NCBI GenBank assembly: GCA_964016885.1
Contig: OZ024741.1
Location: 370,140,001-370,204,000, forward strand
Origin: Eledone cirrhosa
Taxonomy: Eukaryota
Direction of reading: 5' to 3'
DNA length: 64,000 bases
The position numbers and the translations under genes are program-made. The notes beneath the pieces are model-generated. The model ran no database searches and was not told the DNA's origin. It saw nothing but the letters and a program-made list of their open reading frames with translations. Shown piece after piece: positions 26,201 through 44,200 of this stretch (position 1 is the first letter of the stretch; each line of letters begins with the position of its first letter).

Positions 26201-29200
26201 AACCACATACATCCACTTACACAGAGACCCATTTACACACACACCAAAATACTAACAACCACTTACACACAGATCAAAACACAGCAAACCCACTTAACAC
26301 ACACCAAAACACAGACACCCACGTACACACACACCAAAACACAGACACCCACTTACAAACACACCAAAAAATTGACACCCATTTACACACAGAGCCATAC
26401 ACATATACTCACTTAGACACAGATCTAAACACAGACACCCACTTAGACACACACCAAAATACAGTCACCCACTTATACACAAACCAAAACACAGACACCC
26501 ACTTACACACTGATCAAAACACAGGCACCTACTTACACACACACAAAAATACAGGCACCCACTTACACACACACCAAAACACGCACCCACTTACACACAC
26601 ACCAAAACACAAACACCCACTTACACATTGAGCAAAACACTTACATCCACTTACACACACACTAAATACAGACAGCCATTTACACTCAGATCAAAACAGA
26701 GATATCCACTTACACACACACCTAAACACATACACCCACTTATACACAGACCAAAATACAGACACTCACTTACAATCAGACCAAAACAAAGACACCCACT
26801 TACACACAGACCCATACACATATACCCACTTACACACAGACCAAAACACAGACAGCCACTTACACACACACCAGAACACAGACACCCATTTACACACAGA
26901 CGAAAACACAGACATACACTTACACACAGACCAAAACACAGACACCCACTTACACACAGAACAAAACACATACATCCACTGACACACACACTAAACACAG
27001 ACAGCAATTTACACACAGACCTAAACACAGACACACACTTACACACACACCAAAACACAGACACCCACTTACACACAAACCAAAACACAGACACCCACTT
27101 ACACACAGACGAAAACACAGACATCCATTTACACACAGACCAAAACACAGACACCCACTTACACACACACCAAAACACAGACACCCACTTACACACACAC
27201 CAAAACACAGACACCCACTTACACACACACCAAAAGACAGACACCCACTTACACATAGACCAAAACACATACACCCATTTACACACAGACCAAACGACAG
27301 ACACCCACTTACACACACACACCAAAACACAGACACATACTTACACACACACCAAAACATATACACCCACTTACACCAAGACCAAAACACAGACATACAC
27401 TTACACACAGACCAAAACACAGACACCCACTTACACACAGAACAAAACACATACATCCACTGAAACAGACACTAAACACAGACAGCAATTTACACACAGA
27501 CCAATATACATACATCCAATTACACACAGACCTAAACACAGACACCCACTTATACACACACCAAAACACACAAAACACAGACACCCACTTACACATACAC
27601 CAAAATACAGTCACCCACTTACACACAGACCAAAACACAGACACCCACTTACACAAAGATCAAATCAGAGACACCCATGACACACACACCTAAACACAGA
27701 CACCCACTTACACACAGACCAAAACACAGACACCCACTTACACACTGACCAAAATACAGACACTCACTTACAATCAGACCAAAAGACAGACACCCACTTA
27801 CAAACAGACACATACACATATACCCACTTACACACAGACCTAAAAAAAGACACCCACTTACACACACACCAAAAGACAGACACCCACTTACACATAGACC
27901 AAAACACATACACCCATTTACACACAGACCAAACCACAGACACCCACTTACACACACACACCAAAACACAGACACCTACTTATACACACACCAAAACATA
28001 TACACCCACTTACACCAAGACCAAAACACAGACATACACTTACACACAGACCAAAACACAGACACCCACTTACACACAGAACAAAACACATACATCCACT
28101 GACACACACACTAAACACAGACAGCAATTTACACACAGACCAAAACACATACATCCAATTACACACAGACCTAAACACAGACACCCGCTTATACACACAC
28201 CAAAACACACAAAACACAGACACCCACTTACACACACACCAAAATACAGTCACACACTTACACACAGACCAAAACACAGACACCCACTTACACACAGATC
28301 AATAAAGAAACACCCATGACACACACACCTAAACACAGACACCCACTTACACACAGACCAAAACACAGACACCCACTTACACACAGACACATACACATAT
28401 ACCCACTTACACACAGACCTAAAAAAAGACACCCACTTACACACACACCAAAACACAGACACCCACTTATACACAGACCAAAACACAAACATCCACTTAC
28501 ACACAGACCAAAACGCAGACACACACTTACACAGACACCAAAACACAAACACCCACTTACACACAGAACAAAACACATACATCCACTTACACACACACTA
28601 AACACAGACAGCCATTTACACACAGACCAAAACACATACATCCAATTACACACACACCTAAACACAGACACCCACTTACACACACACCGAAACAAAGACA
28701 GCCACTTACACACACACCATAATACAGTCACCCACTTACACACAGACCAAAACACATACACCCACTTACACACAGACCAAAACACAAACACCCACTTACA
28801 CACAGACCAAAACACAGACACCCACTTACACACAGTCCAAATTACATACACACACTTACACACATAACAAAACACATACTCCCATTTATACACACACCAA
28901 AACAAACAGACTCACTTACATACAGAACAAAACACAGACATCCATTTATACACAGACCAAAACACTTACATCCACTTACACACACACTAAAACACAGACA
29001 CCCGCTTACAAACACACCAAAACACAGACACCCACTTACACACACACCAAAACACAGACACCCACTTTGACACAGACGAAGACACAGACATCCACTTACA
29101 CAAAGACCAAAACACAGACATCCACTTACACACACACCAAAACACATACATCCACTGACTCACACACTAAACACAGACAGCAATTTACACACAGACCAAA

Positions 29201-32200
29201 AGACATACATTCAATTACACACAGACCTAAACACAGACACCCACTTACACACACACCAAAATAAAGACACCCACCTACACACACACCAAAATACAGTCAC
29301 CCACTTACACACAGACCAAAACAGAGACACCCACTTACACACAGATCAAAACAGAGACACCCAGTGACACACACACCTAAACACAGACACCCACTTACAC
29401 ACAGACCCATACACATATACCCACTTACACACAGACGTAAACACAGATACAAACTTACACACACACCAAAATAAATTAACCATTTACACACAGACCAAAA
29501 TACAGACACCGACTGATACACAGACCAAAATACATTCACCAACTTACACACACACCGAAATACAACATCTACTTACACAGAAACCAACAAGCAAACATAA
29601 ACACAGACACCCACTTACACACAGACCAATATACAGTCACCCACTTACACACAGACTAAAACACAGACACCCACTTACACATAGATCAAAACACAGACAC
29701 CCACTTACACACACACCAAAACACAGACACCCACTTACACACACACGAAAACACAGACACCCACTTACACACAGAAGAAAATACAGACATCCACTTACAC
29801 ACAGACCACAACATAGACACCCACTTACACATACGAAAAGACAGACAGCCACTTACCCATAGACCAAAACACATACAACCCGTTACACACAGACCAAAAC
29901 ACAGACACCCACTTACAAATATACCAAAACACAGACACCTACTTACACACACACCAAACCACATACACCAACTTACACACATACCAAAACACAGACATCC
30001 ACTTACACACAGACCAAAACACAGACACCGATTTACACACAGACAAAAACACATACATCCAATTCCACACACACTAAACACAGACAGCCATTTACACTCA
30101 GACCAAAACACAGACACCCACTTACACCCAGACCCATACACATATACCCACTTACACACATACATAAACACAGCTACACACTTACACACACACCGATATA
30201 CAGTCATCCACTTATACACAGACCAAAACACAGACACCCACTTACACACAGACCAAAACACTTACATCCACTTACACACACACCAAAACATAGATACCCA
30301 CTTACACACAGACTAAAACACAGACATACACTTACAGTCACAACAAAACACAGACGCCCACTTACATACAGACCAAAACAAAGACACCCACTTACACACA
30401 GACCAAAACATAGACACCCACTTACGCATACACAAAAACACAGACACCCACTTACACACAAACCAAAACACAGACACACACAAAAACACAGACCAGAGCA
30501 CAGACAACCACTTACACACAGACAGAAACAGAGACAGCCACTTACACACAGTCCAAATTACGTACACACATTTACACACATAACAAAACACAGACTCCCA
30601 TTTATACACACACCAAAACAAACACACTCAATAACATACAGACTAAAACACAAGCACCAATTTATACACAGACCAAAACACATACATCCATTTACACACA
30701 CCCCAAAACAGAGACACCCACTTAGACACACACCAAAACACAGACACCCAGTTACACACACACCAAAACACAATCAACCACTTACACACAGGCCAAAACA
30801 CAAAAACCCTCTCATACAGAGACCAAAACACAGACACCCAATTATACACACACCTAAACACAGACACCCACTTACACACAGACCAAAACACAGACATCCA
30901 CTTACAGACAGACCAAAACACACACACACACTTACACACAGAACAACACAGAGAAACCAACTTACACACAACAGACCAAAACACAGACACCCACTTACAC
31001 ACAGAGCAAAACACAGACGCACAATTACACACACAAACCAAAACACAGACACCTACATACAAACACACAAAAACATTGACACCCATTTACACACAGACTC
31101 ATACACATATACCCACTGACACATACACCTTAACACAGACACCCACTTACACAGAGACCAAAATACAGACACTCACTTACAATCAGACCAAAACACACAC
31201 GCCCACTTACACACAGACCGATACACATATACCCACTTACACACAGAGTTAAACACAGCAGACATTTACACACATACCAAAATACAATCATCCACTTACA
31301 AACAGACCAAAACACAGATACCCACTTACACACAGACACATACACATATACCCACTTACACACATACCTAAAAAAAGACACCCACTTACACACACACCAA
31401 AACACAGACACCCACTTATACACAGACCAAAACACAAACATCCACTTACACACAGACCAACACGCAGACACACACTTACACAGACACCAAAACACAAACA
31501 CCCACTTACACACAGAACAAAACACATACATCCACTTACACACACACTAAACACAGACAGCCATTTACACACAGACCAAAACACATACATCCAATTACAC
31601 ACAGACCACAACACAGACACCCACTTACACACACGAAAAGACAGACACCCACTTACCCATAGACCAAAACACATACAACCCCTTACACACAGACCAAAAC
31701 ACAGACACCCACTTACAAATATACCAAAACACAGACACCTACTTACACACACACCAAACCACATACACCAACTTACACACATACCAAAACACAGACATCC
31801 ACTTACACACAGACCAAAACACAGACACCGATTTACACACAGACAAAAACACATACATCCACTTCCACACACACTAAACACAGACAGCCATTTACACTCA
31901 GACCAAAACACAGACACCCACTTACACCCAGACCCATACACATATACCCACTTACACACATACATAATCAAAGACACACACTTACACACACATCGAAATA
32001 CAGTCACCCACTTATACACAGACCAAAACACAGACATCCACTTACACACAGACCAAAACACATACATCCACTTACACACACACCAAAACATGGACACCCA
32101 CTTACACACAGACTAAAACACAGACATACACTTACAGTCACAACAAAACACAGACGCCCACTTACATACAGACCAAAACAAAGACACCCACTTACAAACA

Positions 32201-35200
32201 GACCAAAACATAGACACCCACTTACGCATACACAAAAACACAGACACCCACTTACACACACAGAAAAATACAGACACCCACTTACACAGAGACCAAAAAA
32301 CATACACCCACTTACACACAGACCAAAACACAGACACACACAAAAACACAGACCAGAGCACAGACAACCACTTACACACAGACAGAAACAGAGACAGCCA
32401 CTTACACACAGTCCAAATTACGTACACACATTTACACACATAACAAAACACAGACTCCCATTTATACACACACCAAAACAAACACACTCAATAACATACA
32501 GACTAAAAAAAAGCACCAATTTATACACAGACCAAAACACATACATCCATTTACACACACCCCAAAATACAGACACCCAGTTACACACACACCAAAACAC
32601 AATCACCCACTTACACACAGGCCAAAACACAAAAACCCTCTCATACAGAGACCAAAACACAGGCACCCAATTATACACACACCTAAACACAGACACCCAC
32701 TTACACACAGACCAAAACACAGACATCCACTTACAGACAGAGCAAAACACACACACACACTTACACACAGACCAACACAGAGAAACCAACTTACACACAA
32801 CAGACCAAAACACAGACACCCACTTACACACAGAGCAAAACACAGATGCACAATTACACATACAAACCAAAACACAGACACCTACATACAAACACACCAA
32901 AACATTGACACCCATTTACACACAGACTCATACACATATACCCACTGACACATACACCTTAACACAGACACCCACTTACACACAGACCAAAACACAGACA
33001 CCCACTTACACACACACCAAAATACAGACACTCACTTACAATCAGACCAAAACACACACGCCCACTTACACACAGACCTAAAACACATACACTCACTTAC
33101 ACACAGACCCATAAACATATACCCAATTACACCCAGGCCTAAACACAGACACACACTTACACACACGAAAATACAATCACCCACTTACACACAGACTAAA
33201 ACACAGGCAGCCACTTACACACAGACCAAAACACAAACATCTACTTACACACACACCAAAAAACAGACACCCAGACCTAAACAAAGACACCCACATACAC
33301 AGACCAAAACACAGATATCCACTTAGACACACACTAAAACAATGACACCCAGTTACACACAAATCAAAACACATATGTCCACTTACACACAGACCAAAAC
33401 ACAGACACCGACTTACGTACAGACCATACAACAGACACCCACTTACACACAGACCTACACACAGACATCCACATACATGCACATCGAAGCACATACACCC
33501 ATTTACACACAGACCAAAACACAGATATACACTTACACACACACAAAAACAAAGACACTCAGTTACACACAGACCAAAATACAGACACCGACTTACGCAC
33601 AGATCAAAACATAGACATCCACTTACACAGATTCCAAAACACAGACATCCACTTACACACATACCAAAACACAGACACCCACTTACACACAGCAAATCAC
33701 AGACACAAAATTACACACAAACCAAAACAAGGACACCCACTTACACACAGAACTAAACACAGACACCCATTTACACACACACCAAAACACAGAGACCCAC
33801 TTACACACAGACTAAAACACAGACACCCACTTACGCACATACAAAACACAGACAGCCACTTAAAAACAGACCAAAACACAGACACCCACTTACAATCACA
33901 CAAAAACACAGACACCCACTTACACACATATTAAAACAGAGACACCCATTTACACACACACGAAAACACAGACACCCACTTACACACATACCAAAACAGA
34001 GACACCCATTTACACACACACTAAAACACAGACACCTACTTACACACAGACCAAAATATAGACACCCACTTACACACAGACGAAAATTTATACACCCTCT
34101 TACACACAGACATAAACACAGACACCCACTTACACCCAGACCAAAATAGATACACCCACTTACAGACACACCAAAACGCATACACCCATTTACACACACA
34201 CCAAAACACAGACATACACTTAAAACACACCAAAACACATACACCCATTTACATACAGAAAAAAACACAGACATACATTTACACACACACCAAAACACAT
34301 ACACCCACTTAAACACACACCAAAACACAGACACCTACTTACACACAGACCAAAACACAGACATCCACTTACACGCAGACCAAAACACAGACACACACTT
34401 ACAAACAGACCAAAACACAGACACCCACTTACACACAGACCAAACACAGACACCCCCTTACACACAGACCAAAACACAGACATACACTTACACACACACC
34501 AAAACACATATACCCACTTACACACACACCAAACCGCAAACACCACGTACACACAGACGAAAACACATACATCCACTTAAACACAGACCAAAACATAGAC
34601 ACCCACTTACATACAGATCAAAACACAGACACCCACTAACACACAGACCAAAACACAGACAAGCACTTACACACAGACCAAAACACAGACACCCGCTTAC
34701 ACAGAGACCAAAACAGAGACACCCACTTACACACAGACCAAAACACAGACATACACTTACACATAGACGAAAAACCAGACACCCATTTACACACAGACCA
34801 AAACACATACATGCACTTACACACACACCAAAACACAGAGACCCACTTACACACACACCAAAATACAGACACCCACTTTCAAACACACCAAAACATTGAC
34901 ACCCATTTACACACAGACCAAAACACAGACACCCACTGACACACAGACCAAAATACGGACACGCACTTACACACAGACCAAAAAAGAGACACTCACTTTC
35001 ACACGGAAAAAAACACAGACACCCACTTACACACAGTACACAACACAGACACCCACTTACACACAGTACACAACACAGACACCCACTTACACACAGACCT
35101 AACCACAGACACCCACTTACACACAGACACCCACTTACACACACACCAAATCACAGACAACCACTTACACAAACACATAAACAAAGACACCCATTTACAC

Positions 35201-38200
35201 ACAGCCCAAAACACAGACACCCACTTACACACACACCAACACACTGACACCCACTTACACACACACCAAAACACAGACATCCACTTACACACAGACTAAA
35301 ATACAGACATACACTTACACACACAGCAACACTCATACACCCTCTTACACACAGATCAAAACGCAGACACCCACTTACACACACAACAAAACACAGACGC
35401 CCAGTTACATACAGACAAAAACACAGACACCCACTTACGCATACACCAAAACACATACACCCACTTACACACAGAGCAAAACACAGACACACACAAAAGC
35501 ACAAGCCAAAACACAGACGTCCACTTACAAACACACCAAAACAGATACATCCACTTACACACACACCAAAATACAGACACCCAGTTACACACACACCAAA
35601 ATACAGACACCCACTTACACACAGAACAAAACACAGACACCCACTTACACCAAGCCCTAAACACAGACACCCACTTACACACAGACCAAATCACAGACAC
35701 CCACTTACACACAGACAAAAACACAGACACCCACTTACACACAGACCAAAACACAGACCTACAATTACACACAGAACAAAACACAGGCACCCACTCACAC
35801 ACAGACCAAAACACATACATCCACTTACACACACACCAAAACACAGACACCCAATTACACACACACAAAAATAGAGACGCCCACTTACACACAGACCAAA
35901 ACACATACACCAACTTACACACAGACCAAAACAGAGACATACACAAACCAAGACACAGACACCCACTTACACACAGACCAAAACAGAGACACACACTTAC
36001 ACACAGACCAAAACACAGACACCCACTTACACACAGACATCCACTTACACACAGACCAAAAAAAACACAGATACCCACTTACACACATAACAAAACACAG
36101 ACACCCAGTTACACACATACTAAAACACACACACCCACTTACACCCACACCAAAACACAGTTACCCACTTACACACAGACCAAAACACAGACACCCTCTT
36201 ATAGACAGACCAAAACACAGACACCTACTTACACACACACAAAAACACATACACCCATTTACACACACACCAAAACACAGACACTCACTTACACACAGAC
36301 CGAAACACATACACCCACTTCCACACACACCAAAGCACAGACACGCACTTACACACAGACCCAAACACATACATCCACTTATACACACAAGAACACAGAC
36401 ACCCACTTTCACACAGACCAAAACACAGACACCCACTTACACTCACATCAAAACACAGAGGCCCACTTACACACAGACCAAAACACAGACACCCACTTAC
36501 ACACACCAGAACACAGACACCCACTTTCACACAGACCAAAACACATACACCCACATACACACACAAAAACATAGACACCCACTTTCACACAGAATAAAAC
36601 ACAGACACCCACTTACCCATACACCAAAACACATACAGCCACTTACACACACACCAAAACACAGACATCCACTTACACCCAGAACAAAACACATACAGCC
36701 ACTTACACACACACCAAAACACAGATATCCACTTACACACATACCAAAACACATACACCCACTTACACACATACCAAAACACAGACACCCACTTACACAC
36801 ACAGCAAATCACAGACTCCCACTTACAGACAGACCAAAACACAAACACCCACTTACACACAGACCAAAATGCAGACACCCACTTACACACAGACCAAAGC
36901 ACTTACACCCACTTACACACATACCAAAACACACACACCCACTTACAAACACACCAAAACACAGACACCCACTTACACCCACACCAAAACACAGTTACCC
37001 ACTTACACACAGACTAAAACACAGACACCCTCTTATAGACAGACCAAAACACAGACACCTACTTACGCACACACCAAAACACATACACCCATTTACACAC
37101 ACACCAAAACACAGACACTCACTTACACACAGACCAAAACACATACAGCCACTTACACACAGACCACAAAACATACACCCACTTACACACAGACCAAAAC
37201 ACATACACCCACTTACACACACCAGAACACAGACACCTACTTTCACACAGACCAAAACACAGACACCCACTTACACTCACACCAAAACACAGAGACCCAC
37301 TTACACACAGACCAAAACACAGACACCCACTTACACACACCAGAACACAGACACCCACTTATACATAGACCAAAACACAGACACCCACTTACACACACAC
37401 CAAAACACAGAGACCCACTTACACACAGACCAAAACACAGACATCCACTTACACACATACCAAAACACAGACACCCACTTACACACAGCAAATCACAGAC
37501 ACAAAATTACACACAAACCAAAACACAGACACCCACTTACACACAGAACTAAACACAGACATCCATTTACACACACACCAAAACACAGAGACCCACTTAC
37601 ACACAGACTAAAACACAGACACCCACTTGCATACATACAAAACACAGACAGCCACTTAAAAACAGACCAAAACACAGACACCCACTTACAAACACACAAA
37701 AACAGAGACACCCACTTACACACATACCAAAACAGAGACACCCATTTACACACACACTAAAACACAGACACCTACTTACACACAGACCAAAACACAGACA
37801 CCCACTTACACCCAGACCAAAATAGATACACCCACTTACACACACACCAAAACGCATACACCCATTTACAGACACACCAAAACACAGACATACACTAAAA
37901 AACACAACAAAAGACATACACCCATTTACATACAGAAAAAAACACAGACGTACATTTACACACACACCAAAACACATACACCCACTTAAACACACACCAA
38001 AACACAGACACCCATTTACACACAGATCAAAACACAGACACCCACTTACACACAGACCAAAACACAGACATCCACTTACACGCAGACCAAAACACAGACA
38101 CACACTTACAAACACACCAAAACACATACACCCATTTACATACAGAAAAAAACACAGACATACATTTACACACACACCAAAACACATACACCCACTTAAA

Positions 38201-41200
38201 CACACACCAAAACACAGACACCTACTTACACACAGACCAAAACACAGACATCCACTTACACGCAGACCAAAACACAGACACACACTTACAAACAGACCAA
38301 AACACAGACACCCACTTACACACAGACCAAACACAGACACCCCCTTACACACAGACCAAAACACAGACATACACTTACACACACACCAAAACACATATAC
38401 CCACTTACACACACACCAAACCGCAAACACCACGTACACACAGACGAAAACACATACATCCACTTAAACACAGACCAAAACATAGACACCCACTTACATA
38501 CAGATCAAAACACAGACACCCACTAACACACAGACCAAAACACAGACAAGCACTTACACACAGACCAAAACACAGACACCCGCTTACACAGAGACCAAAA
38601 CAGAGACACCCACTTACACACAGACCAAAACACAGACATACACTTACACATAGACGAAAAACCAGACACCCATTTACACACAGACCAAAACACATACATG
38701 CACTTACACACACACCAAAACACAGAGACCCACTTACACACACACCAAAATACAGACACCCACTTTCAAACACACCAAAACATTGACACCCATTTACACA
38801 CAGACCAAAACACAGACACCCACTGACACACAGACCAAAATACGGACACGCACTTACACACAGACCAAAAAAGAGACACTCACTTTCACACGGAAAAAAA
38901 CACAGACACCCACTTACACACAGTACACAACACAGACACCCACTTACACACAGTACACAACACAGACACCCACTTACACACAGACCTAACCACAGACACC
39001 CACTTACACACAGACACCCACTTACACACACACCAAATCACAGACAACCACTTACACAAACACATAAACAAAGACACCCATTTACACACAGCCCAAAACA
39101 CAGACACCCACTTACACACACACCAACACACTGACACCCACTTACACACACACCAAAACACAGACATCCACTTACACACAGACTAAAATACAGACATACA
39201 CTTACACACACAGCAACACTCATACACCCTCTTACACACAGATCAAAACGCAGACACCCACTTACACACACAACAAAACACAGACGCCCAGTTACATACA
39301 GACAAAAACACAGACACCCACTTACGCATACACCAAAACACATACACCCACTTACACACAGAGCAAAACACAGACACACACAAAAGCACAAGCCAAAACA
39401 CAGACGTCCACTTACAAACACACCAAAACAGATACATCCACTTACACACACACCAAAATACAGACACCCAGTTACACACACACCAAAATACAGACACCCA
39501 CTTACACACAGAACAAAACACAGACACCCACTTACACCAAGCCCTAAACACAGACACCCACTTACACACAGACCAAATCACAGACACCCACTTACACACA
39601 GACAAAAACACAGACACCCACTTACACACAGACCAAAACACAGACCTACAATTACACACAGAACAAAACACAGGCACCCACTCACACACAGACCAAAACA
39701 CATACATCCACTTACACACACACCAAAACACAGACACCCAATTACACACACACAAAAATAGAGACGCCCACTTACACACAGACCAAAACACATACACCAA
39801 CTTACACACAGACCAAAACAGAGACATACACAAACCAAGACACAGACACCCACTTACACACAGACCAAAACAGAGACACACACTTACACACAGACCAAAA
39901 CACAGACACCCACTTACACACAGACATCCACTTACACACAGACCAAAAAAAACACAGATACCCACTTACACACATAACAAAACACAGACACCCAGTTACA
40001 CACATACTAAAACACACACACCCACTTACACCCACACCAAAACACAGTTACCCACTTACACACAGACCAAAACACAGACACCCTCTTATAGACAGACCAA
40101 AACACAGACACCTACTTACACACACACAAAAACACATACACCCATTTACACACACACCAAAACACAGACACTCACTTACACACAGACCGAAACACATACA
40201 CCCACTTCCACACACACCAAAGCACAGACACGCACTTACACACAGACCCAAACACATACATCCACTTATACACACAAGAACACAGACACCCACTTTCACA
40301 CAGACCAAAACACAGACACCCACTTACACTCACATCAAAACACAGAGGCCCACTTACACACAGACCAAAACACAGACACCCACTTACACACACCAGAACA
40401 CAGACACCCACTTTCACACAGACCAAAACACATACACCCACATACACACACAAAAACATAGACACCCACTTTCACACAGAATAAAACACAGACACCCACT
40501 TACCCATACACCAAAACACATACAGCCACTTACACACACACCAAAACACAGACATCCACTTACACCCAGAACAAAACACATACAGCCACTTACACACACA
40601 CCAAAACACAGATATCCACTTACACACATACCAAAACACATACACCCACTTACACACATACCAAAACACAGACACCCACTTACACACACAGCAAATCACA
40701 GACTCCCACTTACAGACAGACCAAAACACAAACACCCACTTACACACAGACCAAAATGCAGACACCCACTTACACACAGACCAAAGCACTTACACCCACT
40801 TACACACATACCAAAACACACACACCCACTTACAAACACACCAAAACACAGACACCCACTTACACCCACACCAAAACACAGTTACCCACTTACACACAGA
40901 CTAAAACACAGACACCCTCTTATAGACAGACCAAAACACAGACACCTACTTACGCACACACCAAAACACATACACCCATTTACACACACACCAAAACACA
41001 GACACTCACTTACACACAGACCAAAACACATACAGCCACTTACACACAGACCACAAAACATACACCCACTTACACACAGACCAAAACACATACACCCACT
41101 TACACACACCAGAACACAGACACCTACTTTCACACAGACCAAAACACAGACACCCACTTACACTCACACCAAAACACAGAGACCCACTTACACACAGACC

Positions 41201-44200
41201 AAAACACAGACACCCACTTACACACACCAGAACACAGACACCCACTTATACATAGACCAAAACACAGACACCCACTTACACACACACCAAAACACAGAGA
41301 CCCACTTACACACAGACCAAAACACAGACATCCACTTACACACATACCAAAACACAGACACCCACTTACACACAGCAAATCACAGACACAAAATTACACA
41401 CAAACCAAAACACAGACACCCACTTACACACAGAACTAAACACAGACATCCATTTACACACACACCAAAACACAGAGACCCACTTACACACAGACTAAAA
41501 CACAGACACCCACTTGCATACATACAAAAACAGAGACACCCACTTACACACATACCAAAACAGAGACACCCATTTACACACACACTAAAACACAGACACC
41601 TACTTACACACAGACCAAAACACAGACACCCACTTACACCCAGACCAAAATAGATACACCCACTTACACACACACCAAAACGCATACACCCATTTACAGA
41701 CACACCAAAACACAGACATACACTAAAAAACACAACAAAAGACATACACCCATTTACATACAGAAAAAAACACAGACGTACATTTACACACACACCAAAA
41801 CACATACACCCACTTAAACACACACCAAAACACAGACACCCATTTACACACAGATCAAAACACAGACACCCACTTACACACAGACCAAAACACAGACATC
41901 CACTTACACGCAGACCAAAACACAGACACACACTTACAAACAGACCAAAACACAGACACTCTCTTACACACAGACCAAACACAGACACCCCCTTACACAC
42001 AGACCAAAACACAGACATACACTAACACACACACCAAAACACATATACCCACTTACACACACACCAAACCGCAAACACCACGTACACACAGACGAAAACA
42101 CATACATCCACTTAAACACAGACCAAAACACAGACAACCACTTACACACAGACCAAAACACAGACACCCGCTTACACAGAGACCAAAACAGAGACATACA
42201 CTTACACATAGACGTAAAACCAGACACCCATTTCCACACAGACCAAAACACATACATCCACTTACACACACACCAAAACACAGAGACCCACTTACACACA
42301 CACCAAACTACAGACACCCACTTTCAAACACACCAAAACATTGACACCCATTTACACACAGACCAAAACACAGACATACACTTACACATAGACGTAAAAC
42401 CAGACACCCATTTACACACAGACCAAAACACATACATCCACTTACACACACACCAAAACACAGAGACCCACTTACACACACACCAAACTACAGACACCCA
42501 CTTTCAAACACACCAAAACATTGACACCCATTTACACACAGACCAAAACACAGACACCCACTGACACACAGACCAAAATACGGACACGCACTTACACACA
42601 GACCAAAAAAGAGACACCCACTTACACACGGAAAAAAACACAGACACCCACTTACACACAGTACACAACACAGACACCCACTTACACACAGACCTAACCA
42701 CAGACACCCACTTACACACAGACACCCACTTACACACACACCAAATCACAGACACACACTTACACAAACACATAAACAAAGACACCCATTTACACACAGC
42801 CCAAAACACAGACACCCACTTACACACACACCAAAACACTGACACCCACTTACACACACACCAAAACACAGACATCCACTTACACACAGACTAAAACACA
42901 GACATACACTTACAGACACAGCAACACTCATACACCCTCTTACACACACAACAAACACAGACGCCCACTTACAAACACACCAAAACAGATACATCCACTT
43001 ACACACACACCAAAATACAGACACCCACTTACACACACACCAAAATACAGACACCCACTTACACACAGAACAAAACACAGACACCCACTTACACCAAGCC
43101 CTAAACACAGACACCCACTTACACACAGACCAAATCACAGACACCCACTTACACACAGACAAAAACACAGACACCCACTTACACACAGACCAAAACACAG
43201 ACATACACTTACACACAGAACAAAACACAGACACCCACTCACACACAGACCAAAACACAGACACCCTCTTACACACAGACCAAAACACATACACCAACTT
43301 ACACACAGACCAAAACAGAGACACACACAAAAACACAGATACCCACTTACACACAGACCAAAGAACAGACACTCACTTACACACAGACATCCACTTACAC
43401 ACAGACCAAAAAAAACACAGATACCCACTTACACACATAACAAAACACAGACACCCACTTACACACATACCAAAACACACACACCCACTTACACCCACAC
43501 CAAAACACAGTTACCCACTTACACACAGACCAAAACAGAGACACCCTCTTATAGACAGACCAAAACACAGACACCTACTTACACACACACCAAAACACAT
43601 ACACCCATTTACACACACACCAAAACACAGACACTCACTTACACACAGACCAATACACATACACCCACTTCCACACACACCAAAGAACAGACACGCACTT
43701 ACACACAGACCAAAACACATACATCCACTTATACACACACCAAAACACATACACACACTTACACACAGACCACAACACATACACCCACTTACACACAGAC
43801 CAAAACACATACACCCACTTACACACACCAGAACACAGACACCCACTTTCACACAGACCAAAACACAGACACCCACTTACACTCACACCAAAACACAGAG
43901 ACCCACTTACACACAGACCAAAACACAGACACCCACTTACACACACCAGAACACAGACACCCACTTTCACACAGACCAAAACACATACACCCACTTACAC
44001 ACACCAAAACATAGACACCCATTTACACACAGACCAAAACATAGACATCCACTTACACACACACCAAAGCACAGACCCACACTTCCACACAGTCCAATAC
44101 ACAGACACCCACTTACACACAGACCAAAACACAGACACCCACTTACACACAGACCAAATCGCAGACACACACTTAAACATAGATCAAAACACAGACACCC

